Positions 45,884-55,260 are shown, counted from the stretch's first letter. The stretch: DNA of 64,000 nt from Acidimicrobiales bacterium (GCA_051985455.1 JBPYEI010000103.1:637-64636), one strand, 5' to 3'. Program-made: numbers and translations. The notes: a model not told the origin generated them from the sequence alone.

Positions 45884-46963
45884 CTACCCGCAGCGGGAGG
45901 AGAAGGCGGCCACGCCCGGCACCGTACCCGCCTGCATCATCGTGCCCAGGGCTGTCGGCTGGTGGTACAGCTCGGCGTCGAGGAAGGCGATCGACACCTG
46001 GGCGACGACCTGCTCGTAGTTGTTCCGGGCCACGTAGGGATCGAGGTGCGGCGCCCCCTGCAGGCACAGCAGGTACTTGTTCGGCTGCGGGTCGGCGGTG
46101 AAGAAGTCATTGGTCAGCGGTGGCGGATTGATCGTGTCCGCCGTGCCCTGCGTCGCCAGGAGGGGCGGCGAGCCAGCGGGGAACCACGTGCCGCCGGGAT
46201 AGCCGTAGCGGGCACCGGAGAGCACGACGGCCGCCTTGACCCGGTGATCCTGGTAGGCCGTGTTGAAGCTCGTGGCGACGGTCGTGTTGCCCCCGTCGGA
46301 CTGGCCGGCCAGAGCGACCTCGCCGGGGTCGATCAAGCGGTGAAGAGGATCCGAGGGGTTGCCGGCCGCGGCAGTCAGGGAGTCGATCAGGAAGGCGACG
46401 TCGTACGGTTGGTTGGGCAGGTCTCGCTCCTTGTCGCCGGCGTTGGGGACGGTGGGGCTGGTCACCGGGAAGGTCGTCGCCGCGACCACGAACCCCGCCT
46501 GGGCCCAATCGTGCAGGAGGGGCTGGTATGGCGGTGGGTCCTCGTTCAGGCCCGGTGCGAAGACAACCACCGGGAAGGGGCCGCCCTCCTCGGGCGGCGC
46601 CAGCGCGGTGTCGTCGCCCGAGGCGGGCACGGTCGAGGGGTACCGGACCTGGACCTGCAGGCGTCGGGGCGCGGACGCCGACCCACCCGGAGCGAACGGG
46701 GCGGGAACGACGTGACCGGCGGGCTCCACGTAGGTGACGGTCAGCAGGCCGACGCCGTACGGACGCCCGCCCGGAGGCGGCGGTTTGGCCGTCGTCGGGG
46801 GGCTGGTCGGCGGCGGGGTGGTCGGCGGGCTGCTGGGATGGGGCGCCGAGGTCCTCGTCGTGGTGGCTCGGGACTGACCCGATCCACACGCCGTCAGCAG
46901 GACGGCGAGTGTGAGCGCCAGCGACCCCACTCCCAGTCTGGTCGCCTGCGGCGCGCTCAGCAT
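45884..46963 (-). CDS. Lipoprotein alpha/beta hydrolase (PAF-acetylhydrolase/chlorophyllase/dienelactone-hydrolase-like)
   Basis: The lipobox is ..LAVLLTACGSG.., followed by a PT-rich linker. Sequence ..FPVVVFAPGLN.. and ..VALAGQSDGG.. (a G-x-S-x-G variant) are present. Confidence 0.7.
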   Translation of the reverse strand: MLSAPQATRLGVGSLALTLAVLLTACGSGQSRATTTRTSAPHPSSPPTTPPPTSPPTTAKPPPPGGRPYGVGLLTVTYVEPAGHVVPAPFAPGGSASAPRRLQVQVRYPSTVPASGDDTALAPPEEGGPFPVVVFAPGLNEDPPPYQPLLHDWAQAGFVVAATTFPVTSPTVPNAGDKERDLPNQPYDVAFLIDSLTAAAGNPSDPLHRLIDPGEVALAGQSDGGNTTVATSFNTAYQDHRVKAAVVLSGARYGYPGGTWFPAGSPPLLATQGTADTINPPPLTNDFFTADPQPNKYLLCLQGAPHLDPYVARNNYEQVVAQVSIAFLDAELYHQPTALGTMMQAGTVPGVAAFSSRCG

Positions 46964-46975
46964 CGGCCGACGCAG

Positions 46976-47917
46976 CTAGACGAGCGCGGCACGCAGTCGG
47001 GAAGCCGCTTCGCTGACTGCCGCGTCGGCCACCGGCGTCACCCCAGCCATCTGGAGGAAACCGTGGACCATCCCGTCGTAGCAGCGCAGGTCCACGGCGA
47101 CACCGCTGTCGCGGAGACGAGCGGCGTACGCTTCACCCTCGTCCCGCAGTGGGTCCAGCTCGGCAGTGATGATGGAGGCGTCGGCGACGCCACTCAGATC
47201 GTCGGTGTACAGCGGGGAGAGCGACGGGTGCTTGGGGTCGTCGGCGGGACCGAGGTAGTGGCCGAGGAACCAGGACATCGCCTCGCTGGTCAGCAGATAG
47301 CCCTCGCCGTTCTCGGCGTGGGACGGGTACGACCTGGTGAGATCGGTGGCGGGGTACACGAGCAGCTGGTGACGAAGGGCAGGAGCACCTTCGTCACGCG
47401 CCCGCACGGCGAGAAGCGCTGACAGGTTGCCGCCGGCGCTGTCTCCACCGACGGCCAAACGGGTGGTGTCGCCGCCGAGCGCGCCGGCCCGCTCTTCCAC
47501 CCAACGCAGCGCCGCCCAGGCGTCCTCGAGAGGGGCGGGAGCGGGGTGCTCCGGTGCCAGGCGGTAGCCGACCGAGATCACGAGCGCGCCCGTCCGGTTG
47601 GCCAGCTTGCGGCAGGTCGTGTCGGCGGTGTCCAGATCGCCGATCACCCACCCGCCGCCGTGGTACCAGACGAAGATCGGCGGTGGGGCACCACCAGGGT
47701 CGATGGCCGCGGCCCGGTAGACCCGCAGGGGGATGGGTCCCACCGGGCCGTCGGCGTGGGCGTCCTCCACCGCTGCCACCGCCTCGAGGGGCCCGTCGGC
47801 GGCGGAGATCAGCTTGATCGTCTGGCGCATGCCCTCAGGCGTCACCTCGCTGTAGTCGACGCTCTCCACGGCGGCGAGCTGGTCCAACATGGCCTTGATC
47901 TGCGGGTCGATCGGCAT
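46976..47917 (-). CDS. Alpha/beta hydrolase, family IV (HSL-type) esterase
   Basis: Motifs ..VWYHGGGWVIGD.. and ..LAVGGDSAGGNL.. are present. Confidence 0.85.
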   Translation of the reverse strand: MPIDPQIKAMLDQLAAVESVDYSEVTPEGMRQTIKLISAADGPLEAVAAVEDAHADGPVGPIPLRVYRAAAIDPGGAPPPIFVWYHGGGWVIGDLDTADTTCRKLANRTGALVISVGYRLAPEHPAPAPLEDAWAALRWVEERAGALGGDTTRLAVGGDSAGGNLSALLAVRARDEGAPALRHQLLVYPATDLTRSYPSHAENGEGYLLTSEAMSWFLGHYLGPADDPKHPSLSPLYTDDLSGVADASIITAELDPLRDEGEAYAARLRDSGVAVDLRCYDGMVHGFLQMAGVTPVADAAVSEAASRLRAALV

Positions 47918-47953
47918 GTCGAGGGCGACCTCCGTCTCTTCGGGCTCTTCGGG

Positions 47954-48547
47954 TCAGCTGTTCTTCGCCGGAGCGAGCCCCCTGGCCTCCAGCGCCGTGC
48001 GAATGCGCCGCGCCACCTGCTCGATCGGTGCGTTCCCGTCCACGTCGACGAGGATCTGGCGATCACGGTAGAAGGCGAGCAGCGGATCGGTGAGCGTGCG
48101 GTACTGGGTGAGCCGGTGGCCGATGGTCTCTGCCGTGTCGTCGCTGCGACCGGTCACTCGACCGCGCTCGAGCAGTCTCCGCACCAGCTCGCTGTCAGGG
48201 ACCGTCAGGTGGATCACGGCCGAGAACGTGAGCCGGTGCTCCGTCGCCCACGCGTAGGCGGCCAGCGCCTGGTCCATCGTGCGGGGAAACCCGTCGAGGA
48301 CGAAGCCCTCGAGGACGGTGGGTTTGGTCAGTCGATCCTGCACGAGGCGGAGAACGAGGTCGTCGGGGATCAGGTCCCCCCGCTCCAGGTAGGGCCGCGC
48401 CCGCTGGCCGAGGGGCGTCGACCGAGCGACGTGGTCGCGCAGGAGCTCGCCGGTCGAGATGTGGGGCACGCCGTACTCCTCGGCCAGCAGGTCGCCCTGG
48501 GTACCCTTCCCGGCGCCTGGCGGGGCGAGGAGGAGGAGCCGGATCAT
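47954..48547 (-). CDS. adk: Adenylate kinase (short-LID type)
   Basis: I place the start at ATG 48547, giving MIRLLLLAPPGAGKGTQ.. (P-loop). Sequence ..ISTGELLR.., ..GFVLDGFPRT.. and ..GRSDD.. are also present. The track ORF start 48790 adds 81 R/G-rich residues. Confidence 0.9.
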   Translation of the reverse strand: MIRLLLLAPPGAGKGTQGDLLAEEYGVPHISTGELLRDHVARSTPLGQRARPYLERGDLIPDDLVLRLVQDRLTKPTVLEGFVLDGFPRTMDQALAAYAWATEHRLTFSAVIHLTVPDSELVRRLLERGRVTGRSDDTAETIGHRLTQYRTLTDPLLAFYRDRQILVDVDGNAPIEQVARRIRTALEARGLAPAKNS

Positions 48548-48573
48548 GTGACCGCGACGCCAGGCTCCGGCGG

Positions 48574-49140
48574 CTACGTGCCGGGGCCGGCCTCCGGGGC
48601 CGGCTCTTCCTCGGTGCCGTCCTCCCGGGCCGGCTCTTCCTCGGTGCCGTCCTCCCGGGCCGACCGGGTCTGGGAGCCGTGCTCCCCAGCCGACGCTGCC
48701 AGCGGTCGCAGCCTGACGACCGACAGCTGCCGGTCGGTGAGGGTCTGGTAGTGCGCCCAGCCGCCATAGAACTCGTGCAGCCGGCGCCACAGGTCATCCC
48801 GTTCCTCGGCGGCGGGCGTCTCGGCGACGACGTCGAGCGTGCGCCGCCCGTCCCGCACGGTGGCCTTGGGTTCAGCCTGCAGGTTGAGGTACCAGGCAGG
48901 TGGCTCTGGGCGGCCGCCGTTCGAGGCGACGACGATGAAGTTCTCGCCGTCCCGCATGAACAGCAGCGGCGTCGCACGGAGCTGGCCCGTGCGGCGCCCC
49001 ACCGTCGAGAGCAACAGCATGGGCCCCTGTGAGGATGACGCGCCGACCCGCCCGTCGCTGGCCTCGTACATCCAGCGATGCAGCTTGTAGAACAGCGGAC
49101 CCAGCGTTCGATCGAAGCGAACCGCGTTCTCTGGTTTCAC
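48574..49140 (-). CDS. Deazaflavin(F420)-dependent nitroreductase (Ddn/PF04075-like) family protein with a duplicated acidic tail
   Basis: Sequence ..FYKLHRWMYEASDGRVG....PMLLLSTVGRRTGQLRATPLLFMRDGENFIVVASNGG.PEPPAWYLNLQA.P. matches the family pattern. GTG 49140 is the start; the upstream part of the track ORF is junk. The tail reads ..AREDGTEEEPAREDGTEEEPAPEAGPGT. Confidence 0.7.
   Translation of the reverse strand: MKPENAVRFDRTLGPLFYKLHRWMYEASDGRVGASSSQGPMLLLSTVGRRTGQLRATPLLFMRDGENFIVVASNGGRPEPPAWYLNLQAEPKATVRDGRRTLDVVAETPAAEERDDLWRRLHEFYGGWAHYQTLTDRQLSVVRLRPLAASAGEHGSQTRSAREDGTEEEPAREDGTEEEPAPEAGPGT
48601..48660. repeat. Perfect 30-bp tandem duplication (2 copies), in frame in the Ddn-like tail
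   Basis: cggctcttcctcggtgccgtcctcccgggc occurs at 48601-48630 and identically at 48631-48660. It encodes AREDGTEEEP twice on the minus strand. Confidence 0.95.
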
Positions 49141-49151
49141 CCTGTGGGACT

Positions 49152-49529
49152 TTACCCACCGACCGGCGTCGGCTGCCCACCCGTGATCCTCGGGACGGCC
49201 TCGGGGGGAGTGGCCCCGAAGAGGTAGCCCTGGCCCAGCTCGCACCCGAGGTCGGCGAGGATGTCGGCCTGGGCAACCGTCTCGACCCCCTCGCCGATCG
49301 TGAGCATGTCGAGCGACCTGGCCAGGTCCACGATCGTCCTGACGATCGTCTCGTCCTTGGTGCGGCGGCCCAGGCCGGACACGAAGGACCTGCCGATCTT
49401 CACCACCTCGACCGGGAGCTCGCGGACCGACGTCAGCGAGCTGTACCCCGTACCGAAGTCGTCGACAATCAGCGGGACGCCGAGATCGCGCAACCGCCAC
49501 AGCGTCGACCTGGTGCTCGGGGAGGACAC
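49152..49529 (-). pseudogene. C-terminal remnant of an EAL-domain (c-di-GMP phosphodiesterase) gene
   Basis: Sequence ..LRDLGVPLIVDDFGTGYSSLTSVRELPVEVVKIGRSFV...IVRTIVDLARSLDMLTIGEGVETVAQADILADLGCELGQGYLFGATP is the second half of an EAL domain. The frame is closed by a TAG 7 codons upstream of the GTG at 49529. The E-x-L motif and any GGDEF or sensor part are therefore absent. The usual KID Asp is Gly here (KIG). Confidence 0.7.
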
Positions 49530-49649
49530 CAGCGCCGTGCGACCCGTCTACACCCTGTCAGATTTGCAGGTTATGTCGAGATCAATCGCCGGCTTCGACG
49601 GGCTTGGACCGGCTTCGACCGGCGAGCCCCTCCCGCTAGCCTGACGGCG

Positions 49650-50873
49650 ATGGCGATGCTCGTCCTGCGCGGCGCCAGCCTGATCGACGGCACCGGGGCC
49701 GGCCCCGTTCAGCGGGCTGTGATCGTCGTCGACGGGGAGCGGATCAGTCAGGTCGGTGGGCAGCCCCCGGGCGGACGAGAGCTGGATCTCGCCGGACTGA
49801 CGATCGTTCCGGGGCTCATCGATGCCCACGCCCATCTGACCCTGGTGGACATGACCGACCTGAACGGACGCCGCACCCCGGTGGCGGTGACGGCGGCGCG
49901 GATCTTCCACGTGTGTGACGTGGCGTTGGACGCGGGCTTCACGACCGTGAGGGACGCGGGTGGGGCCGATGGCGGTCTGGCCACGGCCACGGCGACCGGC
50001 CTGGTGAGGGGCCCCCGCATCCTGCCCTCGGGCCCGATCCTGTGCCAGTCAGGCGGCCACGGCGACTTGCGCGATCCGTTCGACCACCATGGTCGCGACG
50101 ACGGCGTCCCCGGCCTCGTGCAGGCTTCCATGAGGATCGACGGGGCGGACAGCGCCCGGATCGCAGCCCGCGAGGTCTTCCGTCGAGGCGCCACGCAGCT
50201 CAAGGTGGCGGTGTCGGGAGGGGTGGTGTCCACGACGGACCGCATCGAGGACACCCAGCTCACGGTCGAGGAGCTGGGTGCCGTCGTCGCCGAGGCCCAG
50301 GCCCGTGGCACCTACGTGCTGGCGCACGCGCACAACGTCGGCGGGATCCGCAACGGTCTCACGGCGGGCGTCCGCAGCTTCGAGCACGCCAGCCTCCTCG
50401 ACGAGGACACTGCCCAGCAGATCGCCACCGCCGGTGCCTACGTCGTGCCCACGTTGGCCGTGTTCCACGTGATGGAACAGGAGTGGCAGGAGTGGGGCCT
50501 TTCGGAGGCTGTCCTGCCCCGCCTGGCGGGGCTCGAGGAGGCCATGAGCCGCTCGGTGAAGCTCGCCGCCGCCGCCGGCGTGCCCCTGGGCTCCGGCTCC
50601 GATCTCCTCGGCCCCGAGCAACGTCACCGGGGGATAGAGCTGACGCTTAAGTCGCGGCTCATCGGGCCGATGGACGCCCTCGTCTCGGCCACCTTGACCA
50701 ACGCTGAGCTGCTCGGCCGACAGGACGACATCGGCACCATCACCGAGGGCAAGCTCGCCGACATGGTCGCCTTCGATGGCGACCCCGTCCAGGACCCGGA
50801 GCTGTTCGATCAGCCCGAACGCGCCATCGTGGTGATGCAGGGCGGGAAGGTGGTCAAAGACCTCCGGGCCTGA
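49650..50873 (+). CDS. Metal-dependent amidohydrolase family protein (imidazolonepropionase/prolidase-like)
   Basis: I place the start at ATG 49650, giving MAMLVLRGASLIDGTG... Sequence ..GLIDAHAHL.. is the H-x-H metal motif, and ..VRDAGG.. and ..AHAHN.. are also present. The first 207 codons of the track ORF are junk that overlaps the EAL remnant. Confidence 0.8.
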   Translation: MAMLVLRGASLIDGTGAGPVQRAVIVVDGERISQVGGQPPGGRELDLAGLTIVPGLIDAHAHLTLVDMTDLNGRRTPVAVTAARIFHVCDVALDAGFTTVRDAGGADGGLATATATGLVRGPRILPSGPILCQSGGHGDLRDPFDHHGRDDGVPGLVQASMRIDGADSARIAAREVFRRGATQLKVAVSGGVVSTTDRIEDTQLTVEELGAVVAEAQARGTYVLAHAHNVGGIRNGLTAGVRSFEHASLLDEDTAQQIATAGAYVVPTLAVFHVMEQEWQEWGLSEAVLPRLAGLEEAMSRSVKLAAAAGVPLGSGSDLLGPEQRHRGIELTLKSRLIGPMDALVSATLTNAELLGRQDDIGTITEGKLADMVAFDGDPVQDPELFDQPERAIVVMQGGKVVKDLRA

Positions 50874-52329
50874 CCGCCGAGGGCGCAGGAGGCGCGGCGG
50901 GCACCAACAGCTCCTCGAGGAGCTGTCCGTACTGGATCAGATGGCGGTCACCCATGAAGAGATCGAGGACCCGCTGGCGAGCCTCGCGGCCCAGTCGGCG
51001 TCGCTCGCGCGGATCGCGCAGCAGGCTGTCTACGACCTTCCCGAACGCAGCCAGATCGGTCGGGTCGGTCAGCAGGCGGCCGCTCTCGCCGTCGACGATC
51101 TGATCGTTGATGCCGCCCACAGCGCTGGCCACGACCGCCCGCGTTTTCCACATGGCCTCGGCCACCGTGAGGCCAAAGCCTTCGACCAGGCTCTTCTGGA
51201 CCACCACGTCGGCGTGGCGCTGAAGGGCGTTGACCATGGCCGCGTTGGCCTCGATGTCGCTCATCGGGAGGCGGACCAGACGGATGCGCCGACGCTGGTC
51301 GGTGGTCAGCTGACGCCAGCCGTCGAGGCACTCGCCGTACACCTTGAGGGCCTCGGGATCGTCGGCCACGCCCTTGGCTTCGGGACCGGCCAGGACGAGG
51401 TTGGCGCCGTGCTCGCCGCCGACGTGCTCGGCGAACCCACACATCACCCCGAACATGTCCTTGAGGTGGTCCCAGCGCGAGATCTGCACAACGAGCGGAG
51501 CTTCGGGGTCGAGCCGGCCTCCCTCGGCGACGATGTCGGCCACATCGGTCACGGTGCCGGGCAGACCGTCACGGTGCAGGAACTCGGGTGGTGCGGTAGC
51601 GGCGCTGTCGGGCAGCAGCCCGATCCGGGCGAGTATCGACTGGACGGCACCGGGAGCGAGCTCTTGGTTCTTGGCCGAGAAGGGGTCGATCGAGGGCGGG
51701 ATCACGTGGACACGACCACCGTCGAGCCAGCTCGGGGGGTAGGTGGCTCGCGAGAAGATGAAGGCGTCGGCGTCCTCGAGGTAGGGCGCCAGGAAGTTCC
51801 AGGCTCCGACGACGAAGGGGTTGTCGCGGTCGTCGGCACCCACGTGGCAGCGCCAGATCACGACGGCCCCGGCCCGCTTCATGGGCGCGATCAGGCCGGT
51901 CGTCTGAGGATCGTGGAGGATGACGATGTCTCCCGGGCGCACCCTGGCGGCCAGCTCCATGTCGTTGGCTGCGAGGTTGCTCTCGTAGGTCCGACGCTCG
52001 GCCGACCCCAGCTCACCGCCGTCGCCGGGCACGCCGTGGAGCCAGTTGTGCAGACGCTTGGTGACAGCGAAGAAGTCCGGCACACCGGAGATCACCAGCC
52101 ACCGGGTGTCGACCCCGCCCCCGCGGGCGTAGGCGAGCAGCACCTCGAGCATCTCGGCCACACCCCCGCCCTGTGCGGTGGAGTTGACGTTCCACACCGT
52201 TCGGCCCGCCAGGACGCGGTTGGTCGCCTCGGCCTGGGCGGCCAGCTGCGTGATCCGCTTCTCGCCGAGCAGGGCGGCCGCCGAGTCGAGCTGGACGGCC
52301 TCGATGAGGACCTCTTGCATGGTGGACAC
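50854..52329 (-). CDS. GT4-family glycosyltransferase, trehalose synthase (TreT)-like
   Basis: Sequence ..VWNVNSTAQGGGVAEMLEVLLAYARGGGVDTRWLVI....FFAVTKRLHNWLHG.. is the pattern I associate with TreT-type synthases. A C-terminal GT-B domain follows (..VVQKSLVEGFGLTVAEAM..). The 3' end overlaps the convergent amidohydrolase gene by 20 nt. Confidence 0.75.
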   Translation of the reverse strand: MSTMQEVLIEAVQLDSAAALLGEKRITQLAAQAEATNRVLAGRTVWNVNSTAQGGGVAEMLEVLLAYARGGGVDTRWLVISGVPDFFAVTKRLHNWLHGVPGDGGELGSAERRTYESNLAANDMELAARVRPGDIVILHDPQTTGLIAPMKRAGAVVIWRCHVGADDRDNPFVVGAWNFLAPYLEDADAFIFSRATYPPSWLDGGRVHVIPPSIDPFSAKNQELAPGAVQSILARIGLLPDSAATAPPEFLHRDGLPGTVTDVADIVAEGGRLDPEAPLVVQISRWDHLKDMFGVMCGFAEHVGGEHGANLVLAGPEAKGVADDPEALKVYGECLDGWRQLTTDQRRRIRLVRLPMSDIEANAAMVNALQRHADVVVQKSLVEGFGLTVAEAMWKTRAVVASAVGGINDQIVDGESGRLLTDPTDLAAFGKVVDSLLRDPRERRRLGREARQRVLDLFMGDRHLIQYGQLLEELLVPAAPPAPSAVRPGGL

Positions 52330-52496
52330 CTACCCGGGACGATGTGGGCTCGCAGGGCACGGGTGGAAAGCCCTGGCTTTTGACGGCGACACGGTTGATT
52401 TCGTGACGTCCATCCCCTCCACCTCTCTGCCCCGCCGCCATGTTGCCCCGCGCGCGCCCGCAGACGGCGGATTTCCCGTTCGAGGGAGAGACGCCC

Positions 52497-52982
52497 TCAC
52501 CGGGCGAAGACGTCGGCCCGCCACCTACCCGTGAGGGGGACGGCACTGAGAGCCGCACCTGCCCGCAGGAGCCAGCTGAGGGTGGTGTCGGGGTCCTCCT
52601 CCGCCGGCACCATGATCACCAGGCCCCGGCGGGGATGGTCCTGGCGTACCCGCCAGCCGGCGGGCACGACGATGCCGAGGGAGCCGAGCCGGGCTACGGC
52701 CTTGGGCCCGGTGCCGTACTGCACGCCGATCTGCACCGGCTCCCGCCGGTCTCCGCGCCACTTGCCCGGCATCCACGTGCAGATCGGCACGGCCGGGCCG
52801 CTGGCCGAGAAGAGCCCGAAAAGCGAGGACCCCTCGGGCACCTCGGTGTCGTCGTCCACGCCCGGGTGGAAGTTGATCCACCCGCCGCGCCGGTCGGGGT
52901 CACCGGCGATGGCGCTCATGCGGGCGACGACCTCGGCCCGTGCGTCGGGCTCGAACTCGACGGACTGGGTCGCAGGCGTCAC
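52497..52982 (-). CDS. Hypothetical protein (161 aa)
   Basis: Composition and GC3 are protein-like (MTPATQSVEFEPDARAEVVARMSAIAGDPDRRGGWINFHPGVDDDTEVPEGSSLFG...). I recognise no family. Confidence 0.55.
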   Translation of the reverse strand: MTPATQSVEFEPDARAEVVARMSAIAGDPDRRGGWINFHPGVDDDTEVPEGSSLFGLFSASGPAVPICTWMPGKWRGDRREPVQIGVQYGTGPKAVARLGSLGIVVPAGWRVRQDHPRRGLVIMVPAEEDPDTTLSWLLRAGAALSAVPLTGRWRADVFAR

Positions 52983-53088
52983 CGCATCAGTGTGGCCTGC
53001 GCCGCCCCGGACGGGGCCCCAACCCCGTCCTCCGCTGGTTCTCGGTGAGACAGGGCGGCGGCGACCCCCAACCCCGCCGCCGGCCGTC

Positions 53089-53250
53089 TCAAGCCAGCCC
53101 CACGCCTCGCGCCGCGGCGAAGAGGGCGATGACCAACAGCCCGGCCATGGCGATCGTGCACAGGAGCTCGTAGCCGCGGCGGCGGAGGCCGACGATACCG
53201 ATGGCCTGAGCCAGGACGAGGGCCACCACGAACGTCGAGATGGCCAGCAC
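53089..53250 (-). CDS. Candidate small two-TM membrane protein (53 aa, below the ORF-track cutoff)
   Basis: Hand translation from GTG 53250 gives VLAISTFVVALVLAQAIGIVGLRRRGYELLCTIAMAGLLVIALFAAARGVGLA followed by a stop. It shows two hydrophobic helices joined by RRRG and near-uniform GC3. It lies between the ACAD gene and 52497..52982 on the same strand. Confidence 0.35.
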   Translation of the reverse strand: MLAISTFVVALVLAQAIGIVGLRRRGYELLCTIAMAGLLVIALFAAARGVGLA

Positions 53251-53316
53251 CGGGGTCCTAGAGCCCCGCCCGCCGCGTCGGGTGGGACGGGCCCCGGGCG
53301 CTGGCGCGAGGCGTGG

Positions 53317-55260
53317 TCAACTCCTGGGACCGGCGGCGACGCTGTCAGGCTGGACGTCGAGCTTGGCCTCGCGGACGTGCTCGGGTCCGGCGGTGCCGAG
53401 CATGGGGCCCTCGCCCGATGGGTCGAGGATGCCTCCCTCGGCCCAGGTGTAGCGGCCGCTCAGGACGGCCTGGGCGGCGGCGTAGTTGTCGGCGTCGTCG
53501 TTGTGCCACAGCTCGTCGAAGAGCCGGTCGACGCGGCGGCGGGCGCCCTTGCAGAACAGCGCCGCCAGCTCGAAGGCGCTGTCGGCGTCGACCTCGCCGT
53601 CATCGGCCAGCATCTGGGCCCGTACGCAGGCGGCGCTCATGGCATAGAGCTCCGCTCCGATGTCGACGATGCGACCGAGGAAGCCCTGCTTGCGCTCGAG
53701 CTTTGCCTGCCAGCGGGACATGCCGTAGAAGGTCGAGCGAGCGAGCTTGCGGCTCGAGCGCTCGACGAAGCGCAGGTGGGTGGCGAGCTCGCCGAACTCG
53801 GCGTAGCTGCGGGGGGACTGCCCCTGGCCCACCACGAGGCGCGGCAGCCACTTGCCGTAGAAGGCCCCCGCCTTGGCCGCCGTTCTGGCCTTGGTCCGGG
53901 CGTCGGTGTTGGGGTCGATGATGGCGCCGGCGACGGCGAGGTGCTGGTCGACGGCCTCGCGCGCGATCAGGAGCTTCATGATCTCCGACGATCCCTCGAA
54001 GATCCGGCAGATGCGGAGGTCCCTGAGCACTTGCTCGGCCGGCACCGGCCTCTCGCCTCGAGCCTGGAGCGAGGCCGCCGTCTCGTAGCCGCGGCCGCCG
54101 CGGATCTGGACCATCTCGTCGGCCACCTGCCACGCCATCTCGGAGCAGTACAGCTTGGCCAGGGCCGCCTCGATGCGGATGTCGTGCTCCTCGGCGTCGG
54201 CGAGGAGGCTCGAGAGCTCCACCACCGCCTCCTGGGCGAAGGCGAGACCGGCGATGAAGGCGATCTTCTCCGCCACCGCCTCGTGCTTGCCGATCGGCAT
54301 GCCCCACTGCACGCGCTCGTTGGCCCACTCCCTCACGATCTTGAGCGAGTACTTCGACGACGACGCGCAGATGGCAGGGAGGGAGAGGCGTCCCGTGTTC
54401 AGCGTCTGGAGGGCGACCTTCAGCCCGCGACCCTCGCCGCCGACGACGTCGTCGACCGGCACACGGACGTTCTCGAACCTGGTGACGCCGTTCTCGATGC
54501 CGCGGAGCCCCATGAACTGGTTGCGGTGGAGGACCTTCACGCCCGGCGCGTGGGCATCGACGATGAAGGCGGTGATGCCGCCGCGGTGCCCCTCGGAGCG
54601 GGGGACGTTGGCCATCACGACGAGCAGATCGGCGATGACGCCGTTGGTCGTCCAGAGCTTCTGGCCGTTGATGATGTAGGCGGATCCGTCCTCGGTCGGC
54701 ACGGCGCTGGACTGCATGCGGGCGGGGTCGCTGCCCACGTCCGGCTCGGTGAGGAGGAAGGCGCTGATCTCGTCGCGAGCCACGCGAGGGAGGTACTTGC
54801 GCTTCTGCTCGGGCGTGCCGAACAGCTTGAGGGGCTGCGGCACCCCGATCGACTGGTGGGCGCTGAGGAGGGTGCTGAGAGCGGAGTGGCACGTCCCTGC
54901 CAGGGACAGAGCCCGGTTGTAGTAGAGGTTCGACAGACCGAGGCCCCCGTACTCCTCGTCGATCTTCATGCCCAGCGCTCCGAGCTCGCACAGTCCCTTC
55001 ACGACGCTCTCGGGGATCTTGGCGTCGCGTTCGATGACCGCCGGGTCGACCTCGGTGCGCAGGAAGGCTTCCAGCCGGGCGAGAAAGGCGTCACCCTTGG
55101 CTCGGGCCTCGGCCGACGGACGGGGATGCGGGTGGACCAGGTCCAGCTGGAACCGGCCCAGGAACAGCTCCTTGGCGAAGCTGGGCCGTTGCCACTCCTG
55201 CTCTCTGGCCGCTTCGGCGACATCGCGGGACTGCTTCTCGCTGACGGCTCGGGTGTTCAA
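53317..55260 (-). CDS. Acyl-CoA dehydrogenase (long, VLCAD/FadE-like with C-terminal extension)
   Basis: Sequence ..FLLTEPDVGSDPARM.., ..GQKLWTTNG.., ..RLSLPAICASS.. and ..IRGGRGYETA..RICRIFEGSSEI.. are present. I place the start at TTG 55260, 8 nt after GAGGAGG. The track start 55410 adds 50 junk-like residues. Confidence 0.9.
   Translation of the reverse strand: MNTRAVSEKQSRDVAEAAREQEWQRPSFAKELFLGRFQLDLVHPHPRPSAEARAKGDAFLARLEAFLRTEVDPAVIERDAKIPESVVKGLCELGALGMKIDEEYGGLGLSNLYYNRALSLAGTCHSALSTLLSAHQSIGVPQPLKLFGTPEQKRKYLPRVARDEISAFLLTEPDVGSDPARMQSSAVPTEDGSAYIINGQKLWTTNGVIADLLVVMANVPRSEGHRGGITAFIVDAHAPGVKVLHRNQFMGLRGIENGVTRFENVRVPVDDVVGGEGRGLKVALQTLNTGRLSLPAICASSSKYSLKIVREWANERVQWGMPIGKHEAVAEKIAFIAGLAFAQEAVVELSSLLADAEEHDIRIEAALAKLYCSEMAWQVADEMVQIRGGRGYETAASLQARGERPVPAEQVLRDLRICRIFEGSSEIMKLLIAREAVDQHLAVAGAIIDPNTDARTKARTAAKAGAFYGKWLPRLVVGQGQSPRSYAEFGELATHLRFVERSSRKLARSTFYGMSRWQAKLERKQGFLGRIVDIGAELYAMSAACVRAQMLADDGEVDADSAFELAALFCKGARRRVDRLFDELWHNDDADNYAAAQAVLSGRYTWAEGGILDPSGEGPMLGTAGPEHVREAKLDVQPDSVAAGPRS

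Noticed and set aside
45551-47422. 623-aa plus-strand ORF, and likewise 24626..26080(-), 389..1735(+), 1224..2153(-), 40194..41213(-), 41460..42752(-), 42461..43666(-) and 62269..63483(-)
   Set aside because: All overlap, on the opposite strand or in another frame, genes with clear family motifs. All have the Arg-rich composition of out-of-frame GC-rich sequence.
47954-48547. Adenylate kinase as an extra copy because it is not in a ribosomal-protein/secY context
   Set aside because: The window does not include the spc operon, so I cannot tell whether this is the only adk. I note it but do not score it as a finding.
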